64,000 bases of DNA, taken from contig CAVZJV010000014.1 in NCBI GenBank assembly GCA_963775685.1, positions 448,001 to 512,000 on the forward strand, written 5' to 3'. Position 1 is the stretch's first letter; every line of letters begins with the position of its first letter. The position numbers and the translations under genes are program-made. Below are positions 10,756-19,111 of the stretch, one piece after another. The stretch comes from Candidatus Bathyarchaeota archaeon. Its GTDB lineage: Archaea; Thermoproteota; Bathyarchaeia; Bathyarchaeales; Bathycorpusculaceae. The notes under the pieces were generated by a model. That model searched no databases. It was given only the letters and a program-made list of their open reading frames with translations, and was not told the DNA's origin.

Positions 10756-11838
10756 TTGATAGGCATGAACCTGGAAGATGTCGCCAAGCTTCGGTTGATT
10801 AATCATCAGATTGCTTATTCAGCTACCAAAGAACCCGGTGAAGTTGTCGCTTCGCTTGGCGCCATGCAGGCTCAAGATTATCAAGCGGCACTCTGGGCTA
10901 TTGGTCTTCGCGCCAAAGAAGTAACTTTGCCAGAGGTGGAATCAGCGATAGCTAACAGGGCAATCGTCCGAATTTGGCTGTTACGGGGCACATTGCATTT
11001 CGTAGCACCCACTTATGTTCGTTGGATGCTAAAGCTGTTAGGACCACAAATTATTGCAAGTAGTGCTGGACGCCACCGTCAGCTGAAATTGGATGAGGCA
11101 ACTTTTAGGCGGTCCGAGGAACTATTTGTTGAAGCTCTGCAAAATGGTCAGTTGACTCGAGATGAAATGTTTAAGGTTTTGGAAAAAGGAGGTATTTCTC
11201 CTGAGGGTCAACGGGGTTACCATATTCTTTGGCGAGCAGCTCTGAAAGGGTTGATTTGTTTTGGTCCACAAAAGGGCAAGGAGCAGACTTTCGCTTTGCT
11301 CAATCAATATGTACCAAAAGGCAAGAGCATGAAACAGGACGAAGCGTTGGGTGAACTTGCGCGTTGTTATTTTTCAAGTCGGGGTCCAGCGTTGCTTGAG
11401 GATTTTGCTTGGTGGTCAGGGTTGAATCTGTCCAATGCTAAGATAGCTTTGGAAACAGCGTCTTCTCGGCTCAGGTCAGAAACAATCGAAGGGAAAAGAT
11501 ATTGGATGCCCCAAAATATGCCCGAAAATGGAAAAGAGTTGGCAACAGCGTTTCTTTTGCCAGCTTTCGATGAGTATATCCTCAGTTACAGAGACCGAAC
11601 CGTTACACTTGAACAGCCTCATTTTAAGAAGGCAGTATCAACCAACGGCATCTTCTACCCCACAATTATCTTTAATGGCAAAGTAGTGGGAACATGGAAG
11701 CGTACGTTCAAGAAAAGCAACATAGTCATTATGCTCAGCCCGTTTAAGACATTAACCCCAACACAAAGAAGTTCAATTGCTTTAGCAGCGAAACATTACA
11801 GCAGATTTATGGAAATGCCGGTAACAATCACAAAATAA
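10756..11838 (+). CDS. AlkZ-like (HTH_42) DNA glycosylase / crosslink repair protein
   Basis: AMQAQD (QxQ motif), W.LRGTLH, GPA...DFAWWSGL, LLPAFDEY, G.VVGTW. Confidence 0.85.
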   Translation: MIGMNLEDVAKLRLINHQIAYSATKEPGEVVASLGAMQAQDYQAALWAIGLRAKEVTLPEVESAIANRAIVRIWLLRGTLHFVAPTYVRWMLKLLGPQIIASSAGRHRQLKLDEATFRRSEELFVEALQNGQLTRDEMFKVLEKGGISPEGQRGYHILWRAALKGLICFGPQKGKEQTFALLNQYVPKGKSMKQDEALGELARCYFSSRGPALLEDFAWWSGLNLSNAKIALETASSRLRSETIEGKRYWMPQNMPENGKELATAFLLPAFDEYILSYRDRTVTLEQPHFKKAVSTNGIFYPTIIFNGKVVGTWKRTFKKSNIVIMLSPFKTLTPTQRSSIALAAKHYSRFMEMPVTITK

Positions 11839-12573
11839 GATCACTATTATGCTGAAAGCGATTCGAACTCCAATTCGGGTAAGTGCCCAATGCAAACCTG
11901 GATTCTTCAGTATGCTCACCTAACTCTTTTTCCAAACGCTTGTTCATTTTAGATTTTTTGCTTATTTGGTAGCGCGTGCTCAGAATAGTTAAAACAAGTT
12001 ATGAAGCGTACTGGCGTGATGGATACCCCGAGCATCTAACTTCCTCAATGAAGGTGAAAGAATAATTCTCTCAAAGAAATCACTCAGACGCGCACACGAT
12101 GAACCTGAAGCTTTCTCATCTTCGTTATTCAGCCGAACATGTTCCTAACCTGCCCTTCTGTCATAGCAACCACGAAGGAAACGCAAACGACGATACCATT
12201 CGCGTAACAGATGGTGGAATTATCAAGAAACATAGGGCTCTACCGTTGCCTCAAAACAAGTTGATCCGCCTGGTCCATAACTTCCCAGTTAATCAAAACG
12301 TTGTTACAGAATTTTGGTGCAGAAGCGCGATATATGACTATCCATTTTATTGGATAACGAGATTTGGGTTATCGCAAAATAAACAAAAATGGAATGCCCA
12401 AATAGAAAGCTGGGTAACCAAAGGTGCTCCCTTTATTATTCACAATTTAGTCATGAAAAAACACAAAGGTATAGCCTGTAAATCGAAAAAGATTGTCAGT
12501 GGGTTTTAGGAAAGATTTTAATAATTTGTTAGTTTATGGACATTTAACATTTGTTTTCTTTTTAGGTGGGTAA

Positions 12574-13989
12574 ATGAGCAAAAAACAATCTAAGAAGTTT
12601 AATGTGTTTGTGAATGAAAGCCAGCTTTCCGGGCAAATGCTCCGCGAAGAGCCTGCTCAATGGATTCTTTCGCCGTTTGTCCATCTATTCAATATTGATG
12701 AATCGACGAAGTGTCTTTTCAATTCTTTAACTCTAAAGAAAGTATATTTAACCAACAAAAAGTACGAAAAGGTTTTATCAGATCTGAGTAAAGGCGAGCG
12801 CAGTAATGACGTTAAAGAATTAATTGAATTAAAATTTGTGGTGCCTCAGGGGTTTGATTCGGAAAAAGTGTTTGATGCTGTTGCATGTAGCTTGCTTAGA
12901 AAAAAAACACAAACTAATCTTGCCTACATTTTGGTGACTGACTTCTGCAATTTCAGATGCGGCTATTGCTTTATCGAAAATAATCTAAAAGGACCAAGCA
13001 TTTCAATGTCCAAGGATTTAGCAAACAAAGTCATAAACATTCTAATCAACGAAGCAAAACAGGTCCCAGAATTAAGGGTCACATTTTATGGGGGAGAGCC
13101 GTTTAGCAATAGCGAAATTGTTTTCTACATTATTGAGAAGCTTGAAGAAGCATCTAAGAAATTCTTGTTTTCCTGCGTAACAAATGGAAGCCTAATAACC
13201 GAAGATATAGCTAAAAAACTCAAACAACACAACGTTTCCGTAGGATTATCACTAGACGGATGGGCCAACATTGACAAAAACCGCGTTTTCACAGATGGAA
13301 AAGAAACCTTTTACCAAGCTCTCAAAGCCTTAGCTATTCTGAAAGAAGCAGGCGTAAACACAGGAATATCATGCACAATCACAAAACAAAACTATATGCA
13401 CGCAGAAGAAATAGTAGAATTTATCCAGAAACTGGGAGTTAGAACCATAGGCTTCAACTTGTTGACCAGACTTAAAGAGGCAAGCAAATTTGAGGTGCCT
13501 GATCCAAAACAACTCGCTCATCATCTTTTTGGAGCTTACTTAAAAGCAAAAGAATTGCACATGTTTGAAGATCGTATAGATAATCGGCGAGCAAGTTATT
13601 TTTTCAAAGAAATACTTCATTTGTACGATTGCCCAGCGTTCGGTCAACTATTATTTTTTTCGCCATCTGGAACAGTAGGACCTTGCCATGCGTTCTATCC
13701 GTCGGGGAAATATCAAATTCCAATTAAAGAGAATTTGAAAATTCAAGAAGAACCATTATTTCATAAATGGCTGGAAATAGGCACGCTAAAAAATAAAGAC
13801 TGCATGCGATGTGCTGCGATTGGAATTTGCGGCGGGGGCTGTGCTTACGATATCTATGTTAAGACTGGGCAACTTGGCATAAAAGAAGACTACTTCTGTA
13901 CTTTTCAAAATGAAATACTAAAGCTGCTAATTTCATACAATTTCCTGCTGCAATCTCAAAAAAACCAAATTGCTAAAACCAAAAGTTGA
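12574..13989 (+). CDS. Radical SAM/SPASM peptide maturase with N-terminal RRE-like domain
   Basis: CNFRCGYC, FYGGEP, TNG, SLDG; SPASM Cys CPAF..PCH...CMRC..IGICGGGC..C; N-terminal LFNSLT...ELIELKFVV segment resembles an RRE. Confidence 0.9.
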   Translation: MSKKQSKKFNVFVNESQLSGQMLREEPAQWILSPFVHLFNIDESTKCLFNSLTLKKVYLTNKKYEKVLSDLSKGERSNDVKELIELKFVVPQGFDSEKVFDAVACSLLRKKTQTNLAYILVTDFCNFRCGYCFIENNLKGPSISMSKDLANKVINILINEAKQVPELRVTFYGGEPFSNSEIVFYIIEKLEEASKKFLFSCVTNGSLITEDIAKKLKQHNVSVGLSLDGWANIDKNRVFTDGKETFYQALKALAILKEAGVNTGISCTITKQNYMHAEEIVEFIQKLGVRTIGFNLLTRLKEASKFEVPDPKQLAHHLFGAYLKAKELHMFEDRIDNRRASYFFKEILHLYDCPAFGQLLFFSPSGTVGPCHAFYPSGKYQIPIKENLKIQEEPLFHKWLEIGTLKNKDCMRCAAIGICGGGCAYDIYVKTGQLGIKEDYFCTFQNEILKLLISYNFLLQSQKNQIAKTKS

Positions 13990-14077
13990 AGAATTTTTCT
14001 CCAATAATCCAGCCCCAGCTTTACTTCACAATAAACATTAAATAAAACGACTTAATAGATCAATGTAGTGATTGTTT

Positions 14078-14494
14078 TTGTCAAAAAATAAACGCATACC
14101 TAACTCTTCCTTAAAAAAATCAGCGACTGTCCCATCGGAAAAAAAATTGACGCCAGCACAAAAGAAACGTTTACGGATAACTTTGGCGAAAATGCCGACC
14201 ATTGAAAAACTGGATCCTAAAATGTATGCAAAACTGCAATCAACAATACGTGATGCTGTAGCAAAAACTTTACCGGAATATCAGCAATGGGTAAATTCTT
14301 CATTAATAGCAGCCGACGACTGCCCGGTAGAACTCTGTAGTTCATGCGGCAACGACTGCCCGGTAGAACTCTGTAGTTCATGCGGCAACGACTGCCCCAC
14401 GCCAACTAAAAACATTGATGACATTGTCGTAAAAGCTGTCAACGAAGCTATGATGGGAGCAATTCGCCAGGCTATGAAAAAGCAGTTCAAATAA
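14078..14494 (+). CDS. Putative RiPP precursor 1 (leader, Cys-rich repeat core, follower)
   Basis: Core DDCPVELCSSCGNDCPVELCSSCGNDCPTP between helical segments; lies between two radical SAM genes; TTG 14078 aligns with starts of paralogues. Confidence 0.75.
   Translation: MSKNKRIPNSSLKKSATVPSEKKLTPAQKKRLRITLAKMPTIEKLDPKMYAKLQSTIRDAVAKTLPEYQQWVNSSLIAADDCPVELCSSCGNDCPVELCSSCGNDCPTPTKNIDDIVVKAVNEAMMGAIRQAMKKQFK
14316..14397 (+). repeat. Perfect in-frame 36-bp tandem repeat (2 units plus 10 bp)
   Basis: acgactgcccggtagaactctgtagttcatgcggca at 14316-14351 and 14352-14387, partial unit to 14397. Confidence 0.95.
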
Positions 14495-14611
14495 GAAGCT
14501 GCTTTGGGTTCAGAAACCGAACGCCATCAACTGAAAAACAGTTCGCTTATTTACACCATAAAGGTAGTAGTTACCATAAAACCAATGCCTAAGAAGGTTA
14601 GATGATTTAAA

Positions 14612-16201
14612 TTGCCTGTTTTTCTTTGCATTCCGCCAGTTTCTTCTTTAATTCCATATCCAGCAATTCCATACTTAACAAGCAGCCTGAGAGCAAATAA
14701 CCAAAAGGTAAACATATTTGATCTGAACATAAAGGCTTTCAACCTAACTCTTTTCTATCAGAGAATAGATATTAAACCCAGAGAAATTCTAAGGATAAGT
14801 AACAACACGAAAAAGGCAAAATCGAAAAGAGTTCCTAAGGCAGAGATTTACTCGACCATGCGAGAAAGCCAAACAATTTTTGAAGAAATAATGTTACAAG
14901 AGGCTTATGATAAATTAGGCTATAATGTCTCAGACTTGATGTTCAAAGATATTATCAGCGAAGAATCAAAGCAGGCAACGTTGTCGGATGTCTGGAAAAT
15001 TTGTAATGCTTGGTTTCTAGAAGTTGCCCACGATTCCAAACGGCAAAATATAGTGGGATTTCATGTAATAAGTCGTACTGGTTTGATGTGGAGCATCCTT
15101 CTGGCACGTAAATTAAAGAAAATTCAGCCCAGAATTTTGACAGCTTTGGGCGGTCCAGCATTCCTCTCAGTGCAAGAAGTTCTGTCCGTCAATTCAGAAA
15201 TTGACGTAATAGTTCGAGGGGAGGGCGAGGTCACGATTTCTGAGATAGCTAATTCTTATGACGGTAGTTTGGAATCAATAAAGGGAATCGATGGAATTTC
15301 CTACAGAACTGAAAAAAACGGAATTGTTTCCAATGCTGATCGACAATTGATGAAGTCTCTTGATGCTTTGCCTTTTCCCAATTACGATGATTTACCATTA
15401 CATGAATATCCTCAGAATAAGTTTGGGATGCCTGTAATGCCGGTTGTCGGCTCTAGAGGCTGTATTGGAGACTGTGTTTTTTGTGTTGAAAAACGTTTAT
15501 GGGGAAACACGTATCGGATGCGGTCACCAGAAAACATCGTATCGGAAATCAAGAATATTAAAGAAAAACATGGAACTTCCATCATTCGATTCAATGACAG
15601 CTTGATTAATTGTAATATCAAATCGCTAGAAAAACTCTGCGATTTATTGATTGAAGAGAAGGTTGGAATGCAGTGGTCGAGCAACTCCAGAATTCGTCCT
15701 GAAATGAACAACAAACTGCTTAGGAAAATGCGACAAGCGGGTTGTATGGGCTTGTGGTTTGGCATAGAATCTGGGTCCCAGAGAATTCTGCGCAAAATGA
15801 AAAAAGGGATTGATTTGGAAACTGCTAAAAACGTGCTCCGCGATACTGCAAAAAATGGCATCCGAGTTCAGATATTTATGATAGTAGATTTTCCAGGAGA
15901 AACTCAGAGAGATTTTAACGAGTCTGTTGCTTTCTTAGAGCAAAACCACCAATTTATTGACCAAGTCAGCGTTTCACGTTTTGGAGTCTTGCCTGATTCA
16001 GAAGTTTCTCATAACCCCCAAAAATATGGAATTGAGCTGATCAAAGGAAAAACAGGGGCCACTTACAGTTATTTGTATTCGCCCTTGCCCAATAGCTACC
16101 GATTTGAAAATCTACGTTCGGTTTGGAACCGCTTAAGCATGGAAAAAACATCAGGCTCAAAAAGAAATTATCTTCCAAAAATAATTGTTCCATATTACTA
16201 A
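14612..16201 (+). CDS. Cobalamin-binding radical SAM protein (class B methyltransferase-like)
   Basis: LGGP, GEGE (B12-binding domain); SRGCIGDCVFC; GIESGSQRIL; PGET. Confidence 0.9.
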   Translation: MPVFLCIPPVSSLIPYPAIPYLTSSLRANNQKVNIFDLNIKAFNLTLFYQRIDIKPREILRISNNTKKAKSKRVPKAEIYSTMRESQTIFEEIMLQEAYDKLGYNVSDLMFKDIISEESKQATLSDVWKICNAWFLEVAHDSKRQNIVGFHVISRTGLMWSILLARKLKKIQPRILTALGGPAFLSVQEVLSVNSEIDVIVRGEGEVTISEIANSYDGSLESIKGIDGISYRTEKNGIVSNADRQLMKSLDALPFPNYDDLPLHEYPQNKFGMPVMPVVGSRGCIGDCVFCVEKRLWGNTYRMRSPENIVSEIKNIKEKHGTSIIRFNDSLINCNIKSLEKLCDLLIEEKVGMQWSSNSRIRPEMNNKLLRKMRQAGCMGLWFGIESGSQRILRKMKKGIDLETAKNVLRDTAKNGIRVQIFMIVDFPGETQRDFNESVAFLEQNHQFIDQVSVSRFGVLPDSEVSHNPQKYGIELIKGKTGATYSYLYSPLPNSYRFENLRSVWNRLSMEKTSGSKRNYLPKIIVPYY

Positions 16202-16300
16202 GAGTTTACTTTCACGAAAACGTCTCCTAGCTTAGTCTTAATGTTAATCACCAACCATAATTATTATCTTGAGAGAGCATAAAGAGAGCAGTGATTGTTT

Positions 16301-16695
16301 TTGTCAAAAAATAAATCTGCACCTATCTATTCCACAAAAAACCTGACTCCAGCACAAAAGAAACGTTTAGAGAAAACTTTGGTAAAAATGCCAACTATTG
16401 AAAAACTGGATCCTGCAGTTTATGCAAAGCTGCACTCATCGATACGTGATGCCGTGGCGAAAACTTGCCGAAATATGAGAAGTGGGTAAATTCTTCATTG
16501 GTAGCAGCCGATGATTGCCCCCCGCCAACACCTGTATGTAGTTCTTGTAGCAACGATTGCCCCACGCAGCTTTGTAGTTCATGCGGTAACGAATGCCCAA
16601 CTCCAAATAGAAAACTGGACGATATGGTTGTTAATGCTGTCAACGAAGCTATGATGGGCGCAATTCGTCAAGCTTTGAAAGAGCAGTTCAAATAA
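16301..16695 (+). pseudogene. Putative RiPP precursor 2, split by a 1-nt deletion at ~16465
   Basis: ORFs 16295-16489 and 16465-16695 join into a paralogue of precursor 1; core DDCPPPTPVCSSCSNDCPTQLCSSCGNECPTP. Confidence 0.75.
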
Positions 16696-16878
16696 GAAGC
16701 AGCTTTACGGTCAGAAACCGACCGCCATCAACTGAAAAACAGCTCTCGCCCATTTACACAACAAAGGTGTAGTGGCCACTATTTTTCTTTGCATTCCGCC
16801 AGTTTCTTCTTCAGTTCCATATCCTGCAAAAACCATAAATATTATCTTGGGAGATCATAAATAGAGCAGCGATTATTT

Positions 16879-17982
16879 TTGCCAAAAAATAAACCAGCAA
16901 CCAAACCCCTCTCTAAAAGACCTACAAAAGCCAAAAAACAAAATCAACGCCTAAACGCACCTTCGGAAAAACTTCCATATTTTGAAAAGTTAGATCCAGA
17001 AATTTATGCAAAACTGCAATCAACTGTCCGTGAAGTCATTGAAAAAACGTTGCCCGAGTACAAAGAATGGCTAAATTCCGCATTTGGCGAAAAAATCATA
17101 GGTAACGATTCTTCAAATGGTTCCCTGCAAAACATCGACAAGTTAGTGGTTTCGGCTGTTAACAATTTAATGGCAACTGCATTGGGTAAAGCTTTGAAGG
17201 AATGTGATGAGCAGCAAGGGACTATGGAAAAATGGTTTAAAATGAAATTTTATGATGACGTTTCTGACATTAGACCTGAAAGCAGAGCATATTACAAATA
17301 TTGTGTAGAAAAGTTCGTTACCGAATTTTTTACCGGACAAAAAATATTTGAAAAGAAAATCCTCGATTTTGGTTGTGGACCGGGATACTTTTCCAAGATT
17401 TTAGCCCAACGCGGAGCACTTATAACTGGAATTGACAGAAGTTTATTTCTGATTTCGAAAGCAAATGAACTTAAGCAAAGACTATGGCTTGAAAATGTAG
17501 AGTTTTTGCATGGGGATTTTCTTGATTTTGCAAAAAATATGCCCTCGGAAAAGTTTGACTATATTGTCGCGATAGATACGATTGTGAGTTTTGACTATTG
17601 CAGACAAACGCATAATCATAAGGATTTCACTCAGGCTTTAAGCGAAATTAGAAGAGTTATGAAAGACGAGGGTCGATTTTTTATTATTGAAGCGCATCCG
17701 TTTTTTGGTCAACTTGCGAAAGGCATAACTTCCTCAAGCAAAGGACGCTTTCATGGACGTTTACCTAATTACAAAATAGAGTACAATGCTAAAGACAATC
17801 CGCACCATTGGTTTACCCTTGATGAAATGACCCGTGCTCTTAGCGAGAATGGCTTGGCTATTTGTAGGATTTATGAGCCTGATCCAAGTGTTGAATTGGA
17901 AAAAGAAAACCCTCACTTATACAAATTTTATCTGAAGTATCCACATTTAATTGTGTATGAAATATGCAAAGCGAGAACCTAA
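16879..17982 (+). CDS. Class I SAM-dependent methyltransferase with N-terminal precursor-like scaffold domain
   Basis: ILDFGCGPG, GID.S, FDYIV motifs; first ~110 aa align with precursor leader and follower but lack the Cys core. Confidence 0.85.
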   Translation: MPKNKPATKPLSKRPTKAKKQNQRLNAPSEKLPYFEKLDPEIYAKLQSTVREVIEKTLPEYKEWLNSAFGEKIIGNDSSNGSLQNIDKLVVSAVNNLMATALGKALKECDEQQGTMEKWFKMKFYDDVSDIRPESRAYYKYCVEKFVTEFFTGQKIFEKKILDFGCGPGYFSKILAQRGALITGIDRSLFLISKANELKQRLWLENVEFLHGDFLDFAKNMPSEKFDYIVAIDTIVSFDYCRQTHNHKDFTQALSEIRRVMKDEGRFFIIEAHPFFGQLAKGITSSSKGRFHGRLPNYKIEYNAKDNPHHWFTLDEMTRALSENGLAICRIYEPDPSVELEKENPHLYKFYLKYPHLIVYEICKART

Positions 17983-18510
17983 ATCGATTTTCTATTGCAC
18001 TAACTTTTGTAGGAGTTCTTTGCTGTCTAATTACCGAATTTCCTTAAAGTTGACACTAAATCTCCTGTAGAATGAAGACTGCGTATCCCTCTGGGCGGCG
18101 CAAAAAATTCTCGCCAACCATCCATCTGCGTCCATTAGTCCTCTGAGGATTCCACATTGTTTTCATGGCTCCACCATGCAGCGGCTTTGAACGTCACGTT
18201 TTTCCACTTTGCTTCAACCCATTTTCCTGCCTAAGACTCGCCAAGACTGTTAAGGACGAAGATTAGGCCAGGTTGATTAGTTGTTCCGTTTCTTTGCATT
18301 ATATTATTTAAAGGCTGTCGTCGACATAGAGGGTTGTAGTTGTGCCTGCGGCGTTTTGTTCGTAGATTTTTACGAGTGAGGCAATTCCGTTTGGTCTGTC
18401 TTCTTTGGATAGTTGCAAGTTTAAGTAGTCTTGCTAGAAAACGCATGGGTAGCAGACATATGAATTCGGGATGCATAAAGTTTAAAAAAAAATAAATCCT
18501 TAGGCTGATT

Positions 18511-18580
18511 GGGCGGGTTCAGAGGGAACTGCTGGATGGTTTGCCATCTTCACGCACTTCCGCAAACTCTCGACCTACCC
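18511..18580 (+). ncRNA. Candidate long-hairpin non-coding RNA
   Basis: GC-rich nested complementarity gggcgggtt/gacctaccc, agag/ctct, ggaa/ttcc, tgc/gca, gatgg/ccatc; TTTAAA upstream, T-run downstream. Confidence 0.3.
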
Positions 18581-18828
18581 CCTTTTTTAAAGTCTTCCAA
18601 AATCTGGGGGTTATTGTAGGAAAGGCTTGCGGATTTTACCTTATCATCAAAACCTTTATCGATAGACCTTTCTCTATTTTTTGAAGGCGTTTAATAAAAT
18701 CTAATTCAAAATGAGTTTCTATGTCTACTGGAAGGATCCAAGGTAATTACCTATGCAGACAACTTCTTTGGATCCTAAATTGCAAAGGGAATTGAATCTC
18801 AACTTAATATTCATTCTGGAGGACCATT

Positions 18829-18853
18829 GGGTTCAAATCCCGCCCGATCCACC
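18829..18853 (+). repeat. tRNA 3'-end-like fragment (T-arm plus acceptor strand)
   Basis: gggttcaaatcccgcccgatccacc; no 5' half of a tRNA present. Confidence 0.6.
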
Positions 18854-19111
18854 TTGCTTTGTGGATAATGTTGTAACGACGGTGTCAAGCTGGTCTCGGC
18901 ACCACCGATTAACAAAAAACAGTATAATTGATGTGGAGTGCATTAGCGTAGAGCGGGCTTAATTTAATTTATTTTGTCTACAAATAATTTTTCAGGTCCA
19001 GGCATTCCCAGAGAGCGTTTAAATCTTACAGCAAGATTCAAAAAGCCATAAAACTATTAAAAAGTTCCAACCCCCTTTTGGGCGCAGAATCATAGAGACC
19101 TGAACCGCATT

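Noticed and set aside
12099-12509. 136-aa plus-strand ORF as part of the RiPP locus
   Set aside because: No recognisable motif; the opposite strand looks like a stop-riddled gene remnant, so it is probably a shadow ORF
14316-14397. 36-bp direct repeats as a CRISPR array
   Set aside because: Units abut with no spacers, are in-frame coding, and no cas genes are present
14495-14545. SECIS element after the precursor genes
   Set aside because: The precursors have no in-frame TGA and the stems are too short
18000-18476. ORF fragments downstream of the methyltransferase as a missing RiPP protease or transporter
   Set aside because: Opposite strand, multiple stops, no peptidase or transporter motif
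18829-18853. Intact tRNA gene
   Set aside because: Only a T-arm and acceptor-like 3' end; no D-arm, anticodon arm or pairing 5' strand
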